A stretch of DNA of 64,000 nt from Candidatus Micrarchaeota archaeon (lineage in GTDB: Archaea > B1Sed10-29 > JAJRYS01), in contig CAZXTN010000001.1 in NCBI GenBank assembly GCA_964643685.1, positions 34,967-98,966 on the forward strand, read 5' to 3'. Positions within the stretch are counted from its first letter, which is position 1, and every line of letters starts with the position of its first letter. The translations under genes were made by a program, and so were the position numbers. Under the pieces are notes generated by a model. It did no database searches and had not been told where the DNA came from. It saw only the letters and a list, made by a program, of their open reading frames with translations. Below, piece after piece: positions 20,015-29,567 of this stretch.

Positions 20015-21196
20015 ATGAAGAAAAAAATCAAACTCACTCAAAAAGACGAAGCATTAATAGCAATCTCATTAATAGGCTTCCTCTTGCTAGTTATAAGCAT
20101 ACTTTTCCTGCAAGAAACAACCTACTTCGAAACAACAGCAATAATTTCAATAATAATAATCGGACTACCTTTCCTAATAAACCAATACTTGATATTCAAA
20201 AAAGCAAAAGAAATAGAGGAATACCTCCCTGACTTCCTAAGAGACGTGGCAGAATCAATAAGAGCAGGCATGCCCTTGTCAAAAGCAATTGAAAACGCTT
20301 CACACGGAACCTATGGAGCGCTTACAGATGAAATGAAAATAACCTCAGCTCAAATATCCTGGGGAGTAGACTTCGAAGAAGCCCTGCGAAAATTTGCAGA
20401 AAGAGTAAAAAGCAAACTAGTAAGACAAGCCATCTTAATAATCATCGAATCACATAAATCAGGAGGAGAAGTAGCAGACATACTTGAAACAGTATCCACT
20501 GACATCAAAACACTTAAAAGTATAGAACAAGAGAGAAAATCAAAACTAAAAGTATACCTCGTTTCAATGTACTTCATTTTCCTCCTATTCCTCGGAATAA
20601 TAGTAGCCTTGACACAAGCATTCATACCAGCAACCCCTCAATTAAACCAAGCAGCAGGACTACTAGGAGGACACCCTTCAAAACTAAGCGAAGAAGACTT
20701 CAAAACATACTTCTTCCACTTGACACTAATACAAGCATTCTTTGCAGGATTAATCGCAGGACAAATGGGAGAAGGAAGCGTAATTTCAGGGATAAAACAC
20801 TCAATAACACTCGTAGTAGTAACCCTTGTAGTCTTCCAAATTTTCCTCCCTCCAATAACACTCGAACAAAAAATAGCTGACTTAATAACCAGGACACCTC
20901 CAACAGCAACAAAAATAGAATCAGCAGCAAACGCCTTCACAATATACAAGACAACAACCACAAACGACGTCATAAGAGAAGTTAAGAAAAAAGCATCTTC
21001 ATCAGAAAGGCTTAAAATGTACGAGAACATGACAGCAAGCCAAATAAGCTTTGATAAAATGCCAGACTGCAAGCCATGCGAAAGGGGAGATATAGTCGTT
21101 TCAAACAATTCAGTAGTAGTAAACAACCCAGTGAAAATAACTTACTCAGTATTCATCTCAAACAAAAGATACTTAGTGAAAATAGGAGGGGACTGA
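20015..21196 (+). CDS. Pilus platform protein, single T2SSF domain (TadC-like / FlaJ C-half)
   Basis: 'PDFLRDVAESIRAGMPLSKAIENASHGTYGALTDEM...LVRQAILIIIESHKSGGEVADILETVSTDI' is a typical T2SSF domain, followed by TM helices. Lies 8 nt after the preceding platform gene in a different frame. Confidence 0.65.
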   Translation: MKKKIKLTQKDEALIAISLIGFLLLVISILFLQETTYFETTAIISIIIIGLPFLINQYLIFKKAKEIEEYLPDFLRDVAESIRAGMPLSKAIENASHGTYGALTDEMKITSAQISWGVDFEEALRKFAERVKSKLVRQAILIIIESHKSGGEVADILETVSTDIKTLKSIEQERKSKLKVYLVSMYFIFLLFLGIIVALTQAFIPATPQLNQAAGLLGGHPSKLSEEDFKTYFFHLTLIQAFFAGLIAGQMGEGSVISGIKHSITLVVVTLVVFQIFLPPITLEQKIADLITRTPPTATKIESAANAFTIYKTTTTNDVIREVKKKASSSERLKMYENMTASQISFDKMPDCKPCERGDIVVSNNSVVVNNPVKITYSVFISNKRYLVKIGGD

Positions 21197-21202
21197 TAAA
21201 AA

Positions 21203-21685
21203 ATGAAAGGAACAGTTGACTACGACTTCATACTCTCAATAGGACTGTTTGCAGTAGCCTACATCAGCCTGTTCACACTCCTCCCTTACATAAACATAAG
21301 TTCAACAGACACGCAAGACACTTTCCTGCAAGAAACAGATTACCTATCAACAGTGCTTGTAAAATACCCAGGATACCCAAAAAACTGGACAGCAACAGTA
21401 GACATGAAATCAATAGGACTCGCTTACTACGACAACACAACAACTTACCCAAACGTACTTGAACTGACAAAAATAAAAGCAATAACAAGCACTTCCTGCG
21501 AATCACTCAAACCAAAAACAGGAACCACGATGAACTTCATAATAAACATAAAACTAAACAATGGCAGCAATTACAACTGCACAGGAACAAAACCAAACTA
21601 CTCACGTGAAATACAAAGACCAATAACAGCATATGACGGAAACGGAAACTACTACCCAGGCACACTTCAGCTATACTGCTGGTAA
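21203..21685 (+). CDS. Small secreted/pilin-like protein
   Basis: 'MKG/TVDYDFILSIGLFAVAYISLF' is a KG-plus-hydrophobic N-terminus. N-x-S/T-rich. Confidence 0.35.
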   Translation: MKGTVDYDFILSIGLFAVAYISLFTLLPYINISSTDTQDTFLQETDYLSTVLVKYPGYPKNWTATVDMKSIGLAYYDNTTTYPNVLELTKIKAITSTSCESLKPKTGTTMNFIINIKLNNGSNYNCTGTKPNYSREIQRPITAYDGNGNYYPGTLQLYCW

Positions 21686-21708
21686 AAAAACAACAGAGGC
21701 AAATTGCA

Positions 21709-22620
21709 ATGAATAAAGGATTTGTAAAAATATTCGAAGTGATACTTGCAATAAGCATAATATTCATAGTAATAAACAACATCTACTCCGCACTGCCACC
21801 AGCATACCAAGACGCACAGGGAATAAACCGCCTGCAAAGATACGCAGGAGACATAGCATCCTCAATATGCTACAGCCAAACATTCAGAGAAAATACAATC
21901 AAAGGATACATACCAATAAACCTTACATTATACGCTGACGCCTGGAACAAAAGCAATTCAAGCAGATACTATGATACTTCAGCTGATTTAGAAGGAACAG
22001 CAAGGCAGACAACCTACTTCAACAGAAGCGCAAGCAAAATAAAAATATGCATTGAAACAGACGGAGCCATGAATTCAGACATTGAATTCTCAATATGCGA
22101 AAAAGACACTTCAAGCAACTACTACTGCAAAATAAACACACTATCAGAAGACCATGTAATAAGCGCGCCCACCTCAGCTGGATTATGGTGCACTGAATGG
22201 TTCAACTACTCAGTAAACAAAAACAAAGTATACCTAGTTAATGACTACGTTACAGACGGCGATTACCTTGCTTATTACACTAATGGACAAAATGGCTTCT
22301 GGTGGTGCGACGGAGCAGACACCACGCAACAAAGAGCCCCTTTAACCACTTGCTACGATTACAGCACATACCCTGAAACAATACACGTATACGGCTACTA
22401 CGACTTAGGATTAAACCAAACACTCGCCAATGACCTAAACTACCACATCTGGCTTTACTCAAACAATTCAGCAGACGGAAAACTAGATGATTTAATAAAC
22501 GAAAGCGGAAAAGAAACAAGCTCTACACTGGCAACAGCATCCTGCTTGATAAGCAGCTATGAAAAAGAATACTCTCCTAAAAAAATAGTAGTGGGAATAT
22601 GGAACAGGAACGAAGAATAA
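21709..22620 (+). CDS. Pilin-like secreted protein
   Basis: 'MNKG/FVKIFEVILAISIIFIVINN' N-terminus. Cys- and sequon-rich body. Confidence 0.4.
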   Translation: MNKGFVKIFEVILAISIIFIVINNIYSALPPAYQDAQGINRLQRYAGDIASSICYSQTFRENTIKGYIPINLTLYADAWNKSNSSRYYDTSADLEGTARQTTYFNRSASKIKICIETDGAMNSDIEFSICEKDTSSNYYCKINTLSEDHVISAPTSAGLWCTEWFNYSVNKNKVYLVNDYVTDGDYLAYYTNGQNGFWWCDGADTTQQRAPLTTCYDYSTYPETIHVYGYYDLGLNQTLANDLNYHIWLYSNNSADGKLDDLINESGKETSSTLATASCLISSYEKEYSPKKIVVGIWNRNEE

Positions 22621-22916
22621 TGAAAAAAAACAAAACAAGCAAAAGAAAAGGACAAATTTACTTACTAATAGCAGGCATGATAATACTAGCAATAAGCACT
22701 CTCGCAAACATAGCAATACACACCTCAATGCCAGTCGAGCAGAAGCAGATAAAAACAACAAGCATAGGAGAAATGGCAATGAACTTGAAGATAGAAATGA
22801 GTATGATGAAAAGGAACAACATCAGCTCAAGCAACATAACAGACTTCCTGAACATTTTCAACAACTACTCAGCTGAAAAAAACTACGAATCACAAACAAG
22901 CGAAATAGATTCATGA
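22620..22916 (+). CDS. Small pilin-like protein (class III signal candidate)
   Basis: 'MKKNKTSKRKGQ/IYLLIAGMIILAISTLANIAI'. Start ATG overlaps the upstream stop (TAATG). Confidence 0.4.
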   Translation: MKKNKTSKRKGQIYLLIAGMIILAISTLANIAIHTSMPVEQKQIKTTSIGEMAMNLKIEMSMMKRNNISSSNITDFLNIFNNYSAEKNYESQTSEIDS

Positions 22917-22971
22917 AATCAGTTAAAATTTTAAAACAAAAACGATTGAACATAAAAAGAGGAGCTAAAAA

Positions 22972-25395
22972 ATGAAAATAACTTTAAAGGCAATAGCAGT
23001 TCTTGCAGTGATAATAGCAGCTGGATTCTCAACAGCAAACGTAACTTATACCCATAATAGGCAGTATGGATATTATCATATTTACATTAATTCAACAACT
23101 GGTGAGGGAATTTATAACAACCCCTATGATTTTGATGATTTAGCTGAAAAAATAAACTCAATGAATAAAGTATTTCAACAGCCATGGAATTCAAGCATGG
23201 AAGGGGATGTCTGGACAGAATCAGCAACAGGAACAGATGCTTACAACACTGACTCAATAGGCTGGATATGGGAAGGCAACAATGTAAGCTGTTCAACTGA
23301 AACAACAGATGTAATAGAAAACACAGGAAGTGTAAAATGCACTGTAAACGGAACAAGCCCATACATTCAACTAAGATTCACAGACTCAACAGTAAACTCA
23401 AGATACATAGAAGCAATAAGAATATCAGAAGGAAGATACTTAAATGCAAGCCTAAAATCAAGCAATAACTTAAATGTAAGCAAGATATACATTTATACTT
23501 CCTATAATACTCCTCCTTCATCAACAAAACCCTCAATGGAAGTAGATATGATTGGCAGTTTTAGACACAACCCAAACTGGGAACTAAACACATCATGGCA
23601 GACATTCACACTTGACAGGTACAACATGTCAACATTAGAAAGCGTCTGCAGTTACAGAGCATCATACGGGGGAGAAAACTGCAACGACTCAAAAAACTTC
23701 ATGAACCACTTCTTTTTGTTAGGAGTGAGATTTTATCTTGAAGGAGCAAACATAGGAGACAATGTAACAATAGACGGACTAAGATTCTGGCAAAAATTAA
23801 ACATTGACCACACTGATTATGGAACTTATTTTGTAAACGCAAAAATATATAACCAAGAAGGAGCATGGATAAAAGACAAAAGAAAAGAAATATACTTCCT
23901 AGAATCAAATGAAATACACAACTTCATATGCGGAGAATACAACAGCACATACGACACAACAAAAAACGGATGCACAATAGGACTACAATCAATAAGCCCA
24001 GCAACATACTACACCTATCAACAAATAATACTATCAAATTCAAGCTTCTACGACACTCTATTCAGGAACTACGAAATATACAGAAAATTCGGAGAAACAG
24101 CAATGAACATAATGGGAATGATACAACACAGCTCATCTTCTTTAACAGACACCTTTATTGACTGCACTTTCGAAAACTCAAGAGGAGAAAGAGGATTTTT
24201 TACAATCTATAACCCTAATATTTTATTAAAAAGAGTTATTTTTAAAGCAATGTATGGGGAATCACAAGTATTCTTCCAAACAGAAGGAAAAATAACAGCA
24301 AGCAACATTAACATTTATTCTAATTTCAATGCTTCCTCTTCTAAGGGAATTAATTTGCATCATGGGTATTTTGACTTATACAACATAACAAAAAACGACG
24401 ACATAAACTACATGTGGTACAACTATTACGGGCCAACAGCAGCAAACATAACAGACTACGAACTAAAAAAAGAACTAACAAACGAAGAATCAAACAGTTA
24501 CAACACAAACACATACGCATTATGGAACAACAAAACTTACTTCCAATCAATTGAATTTGAAGTAACAGACGAAGAAGGAAACCCACTGAATGTAACAGCT
24601 ACAGCTACAAACGCCTTTGGAGAAAACGAGACATTTGAAATAAACGGTAGTTTAAGAAAAAGATTCAAAACAGCGCAATTGCTTCATTCAAAAGTATACA
24701 GTTTTCTAACACAAGACGCTGTAAGCGGAAGCAACATAGTCTACGTCCAAGATAACAGCCAATTTACAAGCGGCATGACAGTAAGCTTAATCGATTCAAA
24801 ACCAGAATACTACTTATCAGGAAGCTACAGATACGCAAGCTTAACAGTTGATTCAACAGGAGAAAACGCCACTGGAAAATGGGTAAACTTCACAAGCACT
24901 TACTCAGGCTCATACTGGAAAACAGCATGGGGAGCAGTCCTTGTAAAACGCCCTGTTGACTACGACGAAACAGATTACGCTCCTTACAACATTACAATAA
25001 CAAAAAACGGCTACGAGCCATACAAAATACTAAACTTGACTCCAACAGCAAACTACAAACTAAGAATAAAAATGCACGGCTCACGCAATCTCTATCCAAT
25101 AAACGCAAGGATAATCAGCGGAACAGAATACTCTACAGGAGACACAGCAGACTTAGAAGTTGAAGTGCTCGACGCCTACGGACAGCCAGTTGACTCAGCA
25201 ACATGCACTTTCACAGCCTACTACCCTGACAAAACAACCTGGCTAAGCGGAATAAGCACCACATACCTCAACTACGGAGTATACTACAACAACTCAAACA
25301 CAGTGCCTTCAACAACAGGAGTATACACTTACTCAGCCAAATGCGACTACAACGGCTACTCAGCATACGCAAGCAAATACTTCCAAGTAAGGTGA
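22972..25395 (+). CDS. Large secreted, heavily N-x-S/T-sequon-rich surface protein (807 aa)
   Basis: Signal-peptide-like 'MKITLKAIAVLAVIIAAGFSTA'. Dozens of NxS/T sequons. Its C-terminal roughly 80-aa domain is shared with the next gene. Confidence 0.5.
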   Translation: MKITLKAIAVLAVIIAAGFSTANVTYTHNRQYGYYHIYINSTTGEGIYNNPYDFDDLAEKINSMNKVFQQPWNSSMEGDVWTESATGTDAYNTDSIGWIWEGNNVSCSTETTDVIENTGSVKCTVNGTSPYIQLRFTDSTVNSRYIEAIRISEGRYLNASLKSSNNLNVSKIYIYTSYNTPPSSTKPSMEVDMIGSFRHNPNWELNTSWQTFTLDRYNMSTLESVCSYRASYGGENCNDSKNFMNHFFLLGVRFYLEGANIGDNVTIDGLRFWQKLNIDHTDYGTYFVNAKIYNQEGAWIKDKRKEIYFLESNEIHNFICGEYNSTYDTTKNGCTIGLQSISPATYYTYQQIILSNSSFYDTLFRNYEIYRKFGETAMNIMGMIQHSSSSLTDTFIDCTFENSRGERGFFTIYNPNILLKRVIFKAMYGESQVFFQTEGKITASNINIYSNFNASSSKGINLHHGYFDLYNITKNDDINYMWYNYYGPTAANITDYELKKELTNEESNSYNTNTYALWNNKTYFQSIEFEVTDEEGNPLNVTATATNAFGENETFEINGSLRKRFKTAQLLHSKVYSFLTQDAVSGSNIVYVQDNSQFTSGMTVSLIDSKPEYYLSGSYRYASLTVDSTGENATGKWVNFTSTYSGSYWKTAWGAVLVKRPVDYDETDYAPYNITITKNGYEPYKILNLTPTANYKLRIKMHGSRNLYPINARIISGTEYSTGDTADLEVEVLDAYGQPVDSATCTFTAYYPDKTTWLSGISTTYLNYGVYYNNSNTVPSTTGVYTYSAKCDYNGYSAYASKYFQVR

Positions 25396-25406
25396 AAATA
25401 AAAAAA

Positions 25407-25991
25407 ATGAACAAAAAAACAGCTTTCATAATCTCATTGCTTCTTTTCTCTAGCACTGCCTTTACAACCAGCTTATGGAACTACAAAAACCCATACTCTT
25501 CATTTCTAGAAAAACAAGACGTAAAAGCAAATGCACTGAAAGTAAAAATAACAAGCGGAACAAAATATGCAGTAAGCGACTACATGGACTTAGAAGTGCA
25601 ATTGACAAACGAGTTAGGAGAACCTGTTTCAAACGCAAACTGCCAATTCAACTTGTACTACCCAAACAAAACACTATTCAAGCAAATGACCTCAACTTAC
25701 CTAGCTTACGGAGTATACTACAACAACTCAATAAAAGCACCAAGCCCAACAGGAACATACACCTACTCAGTAAACTGCGCATACAATTCAAAAAACGCCT
25801 ACACTTCAAAATGCCTGCAAATCACAGGAACAACAACCCCCTTTTCAGGAGCAGTTGTAGCCCCATGCGATTTCTACTTAAACGGCTCAGAACAAGACTA
25901 CAACACATACAAAGAATACATAACAACAATAAAAAACAAAGAAAACAACGCAAAAGAAACAATAATCCTAAAAATATGCTGGAAGGAATAA
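25407..25991 (+). CDS. Secreted protein carrying the same C-terminal-type domain as the upstream 807-aa protein
   Basis: Signal-like 'MNKKTAFIISLLLFSSTAFT'. 'YMDLEVQLTNELGEPVSNANCQFNLYYPNKT...YLAYGVYYNNS...PTGTYTYSVNC' parallels 'TADLEVEVLDAYGQPVDSATCTFTAYYPDKT...YLNYGVYYNNS...TTGVYTYSAKC'. Confidence 0.5.
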   Translation: MNKKTAFIISLLLFSSTAFTTSLWNYKNPYSSFLEKQDVKANALKVKITSGTKYAVSDYMDLEVQLTNELGEPVSNANCQFNLYYPNKTLFKQMTSTYLAYGVYYNNSIKAPSPTGTYTYSVNCAYNSKNAYTSKCLQITGTTTPFSGAVVAPCDFYLNGSEQDYNTYKEYITTIKNKENNAKETIILKICWKE

Positions 25992-25994
25992 AAA

Positions 25995-26360
25995 ATGAAA
26001 AAAAAAGAAAAAATAAAAGTAAAAATAGAACTCGCAGACACAATGCTCAAAAAACTAAAAGGACTGATGTTCAGAAAAAACCTCAACCACGCCCTAGTTT
26101 TCATCCTTAACAAAAAAACAAGAATAGGAGCAAGCATACACTCCTTCTTCGTCTTCTTCCCATTTGACATAATCTGGCTGGACAACGAGAAAATAGTTGA
26201 CTTGAAAGAAAAAGTAAAACCATTCACATTCAACATAACTCCTGAAAAACCAAGCAACATATTCATAGAACTGCCAGCAGGCACCATAAAAAAAGCAGGA
26301 TTGAAAAAAGGAATGAAAATCAAACACAATGAAGAATACCTAAAACTAAGTAAAAAATAA
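25995..26360 (+). CDS. DUF192 (COG1430) family protein
   Basis: 'KGLMFRKNL', 'HSFFVFFPFDIIWLD' and 'ELPAGTIKKAGLKKG' match the DUF192 pattern. Confidence 0.7.
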   Translation: MKKKEKIKVKIELADTMLKKLKGLMFRKNLNHALVFILNKKTRIGASIHSFFVFFPFDIIWLDNEKIVDLKEKVKPFTFNITPEKPSNIFIELPAGTIKKAGLKKGMKIKHNEEYLKLSKK

Positions 26361-26395
26361 CATTTTATTAACTTAAAAAAACAATAAAAAAAGCA

Positions 26396-27211
26396 ATGGG
26401 ATTCCTTCAAAACTTACGTAGAAAAAGAGCACAGAAAAAACAACTAGGAAAAATGCCTAAAGAAATCAACTTCTTATTCGAAAGACACTCAGCTAAAGGA
26501 GTAGCAGACAAAACAATAAAAGCAATGAAGGAACATGACATAATCTTACTAGAGTACACTCCAGAAACTATGAAATTAATTGAAAACCTAGGACCTACAA
26601 AAGCAGCTTCTCATGTAAGATACCCAGAGGAAGAAAACAAGTTATTCAGAGAAGTGCTAAAACAAAAAAGACTCCACGGCAAAAAAATAATTTTTTACGA
26701 CAAGTGGAACAGGAAAATGAAAAGAAAAATGGAGGAAATAGAACAAAAAGCAGATGAAGGAGACATAATAGGCATGCAGAAAGCAATGGCTGAATTTGCT
26801 GAAATGCGAGACAAAGAAAACATAAAAAGAATAAGAAAAGCAATAGAAGAAAACCCAGAAAAAAAGATATTGATTTCAGCAGGAGCAACTCACAGCCCCC
26901 TTTACCACGAATTAAAAAAAGAACTAAAACCCTATGAAAAACAAGGAAAAGTAAAAATAAACAGGTCATTTTCAGGAGGCAAATCAGAAAGAGAAATGAA
27001 GTTTAATCCATTAGAACAAATAGTAAGAATGTTCAGGTTCAAAAAAAACATAACACCAGAAGACTGGAAAAAAATACACCAAATGGAAAAAGAAGCAAGA
27101 AAATTAATAGAAAAACAAGAAAAATTAATTGAAAAGTATATGAAAGAAGAAGGATTAAGTAAAAAACAAGCAATTGCAAAAGCCCACTGGGAAACAATAA
27201 AAGAAGAATAA
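26396..27211 (+). CDS. Lys/Glu-rich hypothetical protein
   Basis: ORF only. No recognisable motif. Confidence 0.35.
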   Translation: MGFLQNLRRKRAQKKQLGKMPKEINFLFERHSAKGVADKTIKAMKEHDIILLEYTPETMKLIENLGPTKAASHVRYPEEENKLFREVLKQKRLHGKKIIFYDKWNRKMKRKMEEIEQKADEGDIIGMQKAMAEFAEMRDKENIKRIRKAIEENPEKKILISAGATHSPLYHELKKELKPYEKQGKVKINRSFSGGKSEREMKFNPLEQIVRMFRFKKNITPEDWKKIHQMEKEARKLIEKQEKLIEKYMKEEGLSKKQAIAKAHWETIKEE

Positions 27212-27301
27212 CAACTAACTTTAAAAGAATTGATTAAAACCAGTTAAAACCAAGCAAGGTTTGAATTTTTTTAAAAACTAATTCTTTCATCAAATTAATT
27301 A

Positions 27302-29014
27302 ATGAAAATTGAACTTGATAAAAACAAATGCGTGAACTGCGGAGAATGCATGAAAAACTGCCCTTACATGACAGACACTTACTCCTCAAACATTTTCAAA
27401 TGCGACAACTGCGGAATATGCGCGAACGTATGCCCTGAAAAAGCAATATACCAAGTCAACGGAATATACAAAATAGACTATGACAAATGCACCAACTGCG
27501 GAATCTGCGTGGAAGCCTGCCCAAAAAACGCAATCATACCCCAGAAAAACGGAAAGCCGGCAAAATGCGACTTGTGCATGGACAAAGGAAAACCACAATG
27601 CATGGCAGTATGCCCATACAATGCATTAAGCCTCTCTTACTCTGAAACAGAAAAAAAATTCATTGAAAAAATAATAGGCTGGAAAAAACTGAAAAAAGAA
27701 CAAGGCACTTTAGTTGCAATTTATGAAAACAATGAAATCATAAAAATAGGAGAAGAAAGGCATTACATCACTCAATTAAAAGAAGTCAACTACGACGAAG
27801 CACTGTTAATTGAAAAAGCATTAAACGCATTCAGAAAAGAAAAAAACCCAGATGAAGCAACAGCAGAGGAAATAATAGAGCAATACTGCGACTTGAACAA
27901 CATCACAATAACCCAGAAGCAAATTGAAAAACTAACCAAAATAATAAAACAAGAAACAAAAGGATACTCAGCACTAGACCCCTTACTTGAAGATGAAAAC
28001 CTTGAAGAAATAGCAATAGTTGGAAAACAAAAACCAGTATTCGTCTACCACAAGCAATTCGGATGGCTGGAAACAGACATAATGTTCGCAAGCGACGACA
28101 AAATAAAAAACATAATAAACAAAATAGGAAGAAAACTAGGGAGAAGAGTAAGCACAAGCAATCCAAGAATAAACGCAGACGTGGAATTCGGAAGAATACA
28201 CGCTGCAATACCCCCAGCAAGCGAAGAGCCTTCAATAACAATAAGAAAATTCAACTCAAAACCCTTTACCACCACAGAACTAGCTGAAAAAACAATAACC
28301 CCTGAAGCACTCGCATTCTTAAAAATGGCTTTAAACAGCGACGCAAACCTGCTAATATGCGGAAACACAGGAAGCGGAAAAACAAGCACCTTAAACACCC
28401 TCTTATCCTTCCTTCCTGAAAAAGACAGAGTAATAGCAATAGAAGAAACACCTGAACTGAAATTCTCAAACAAGAACGCAGTGAGGCTAATCGCAGATGA
28501 AAAAAACACAATGGCAGAACTCGTAGCAGACTCACTGAGAATGCGACCAGACAGAGTAATAGTAGGGGAAGTTAGAAAACCAAGCGAAGCAAAAGCGCTT
28601 GTAAACACAATGCTTGCAGGGCAAGGCAAAAGCAGCTTCGCAACATTCCACGCTCAAAACTCAGAAGAAGCGCTGATAAGAATGAAAACAATGGGCATAA
28701 GCGACGTCGACTTAAACGCCTTCGACTTAATACTTGTCCAAAAAAGATGGACGAACGCTGGAAAAAACAAGATAGAGAGAAAAGTAACTGAAATTTCATA
28801 CGTCAAAAAAAATTACAACAGCAAGCCGTCGATTGAAAAAATATTCAAATACGACTATGAAAAAGAGAAACTGCAAAGAACAGAATCAGAACCCAAAGAA
28901 CTCATTGAGAGAATATGCAACTCATACGAGATAAAAAAAGATGAATTCAAAAAACAATTAGAAAAAGAAAAACAGGAGATTGAAAAAAATGCATTCATTA
29001 GAAAACTGGCTTGA
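27302..29014 (+). CDS. Poly-ferredoxin (3-4x [4Fe-4S] CxxCxxCxxxCP) domain fused to FlaI/TadA-like pilus secretion ATPase
   Basis: N-terminus has 'CVNCGECMKNCP', 'CDNCGICANVCP', 'CTNCGICVEACP' and 'CDLCMDKGKPQCMAVCP'. C-terminal ATPase has 'ICGNTGSGKTSTLNTL' (Walker A), 'VIAIEETPEL' and 'RVIVGEVRKPSEAKALVNTMLAGQGKSSFATFHA'. Confidence 0.8.
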   Translation: MKIELDKNKCVNCGECMKNCPYMTDTYSSNIFKCDNCGICANVCPEKAIYQVNGIYKIDYDKCTNCGICVEACPKNAIIPQKNGKPAKCDLCMDKGKPQCMAVCPYNALSLSYSETEKKFIEKIIGWKKLKKEQGTLVAIYENNEIIKIGEERHYITQLKEVNYDEALLIEKALNAFRKEKNPDEATAEEIIEQYCDLNNITITQKQIEKLTKIIKQETKGYSALDPLLEDENLEEIAIVGKQKPVFVYHKQFGWLETDIMFASDDKIKNIINKIGRKLGRRVSTSNPRINADVEFGRIHAAIPPASEEPSITIRKFNSKPFTTTELAEKTITPEALAFLKMALNSDANLLICGNTGSGKTSTLNTLLSFLPEKDRVIAIEETPELKFSNKNAVRLIADEKNTMAELVADSLRMRPDRVIVGEVRKPSEAKALVNTMLAGQGKSSFATFHAQNSEEALIRMKTMGISDVDLNAFDLILVQKRWTNAGKNKIERKVTEISYVKKNYNSKPSIEKIFKYDYEKEKLQRTESEPKELIERICNSYEIKKDEFKKQLEKEKQEIEKNAFIRKLA

Positions 29015-29567
29015 GAAAAAAAGAAAAGAAAAGAGAATAAAAGAAATGGAAAAAGAAACTCCTTTCATAATGAAAAGCTTCGCCACTTTATTGAATGCAG
29101 GAATGAGCTTTGAAAAAGCAATGGAAGAAATATCAAAAAAAGAATACGTTTCATCAAAAGAATTTGAAAAAACACTGAATGAAATAAGACTCGGCGAAAG
29201 CGTTGAAAACGCGCTATACAAATTCAAAGAAAGGAACAAGTCAAAGCAAATTGCAAAAATGACAAACCTATTAACAAGCGCATACGCAAACGGAGAAAAC
29301 ATTGAAATGATAAAAAAATCAGCTGAAGAGCAAAGAGAAATCATAAAAAACAAAATGAAAGAATACAATGAAAAAGCAGTGCTTTACTCCTTGGCAATAA
29401 TAGGCGTATCAGCAATACTACCAGCATTCACTCAGGGATTCCTAATAATAGGCTCAGCATTCATGGACCTCGGAATAAGCGACATGCAAGCAATATTCCT
29501 AATCACAGTGGTTTTCCCACTGCTAAACGCGGTGATATTTTGGATATCAGCATCAAAAAAACCTTGA
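28989..29567 (+). CDS. Pilus platform protein, single T2SSF domain (TadB-like)
   Basis: 'SFATLLNAGMSFEKAMEEIS...LGESVENALYKF...MTNLLTSAYANGENIEMI' is a T2SSF domain, then 2 TM helices. The ORF caller starts at TTG 28980; ATG 28989 is preferred. Confidence 0.6.
   Translation: MHSLENWLEKKRKEKRIKEMEKETPFIMKSFATLLNAGMSFEKAMEEISKKEYVSSKEFEKTLNEIRLGESVENALYKFKERNKSKQIAKMTNLLTSAYANGENIEMIKKSAEEQREIIKNKMKEYNEKAVLYSLAIIGVSAILPAFTQGFLIIGSAFMDLGISDMQAIFLITVVFPLLNAVIFWISASKKP

Noticed and set aside
16070-21196. Archaellum (fla) operon
   Set aside because: ATPase and platform genes are present, but I see nothing resembling FlaF/FlaG Ig-like stalk proteins, FlaH (KaiC-like) or FlaC/D/E between or around them. 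Pilus-type TFF modules is the safer call.
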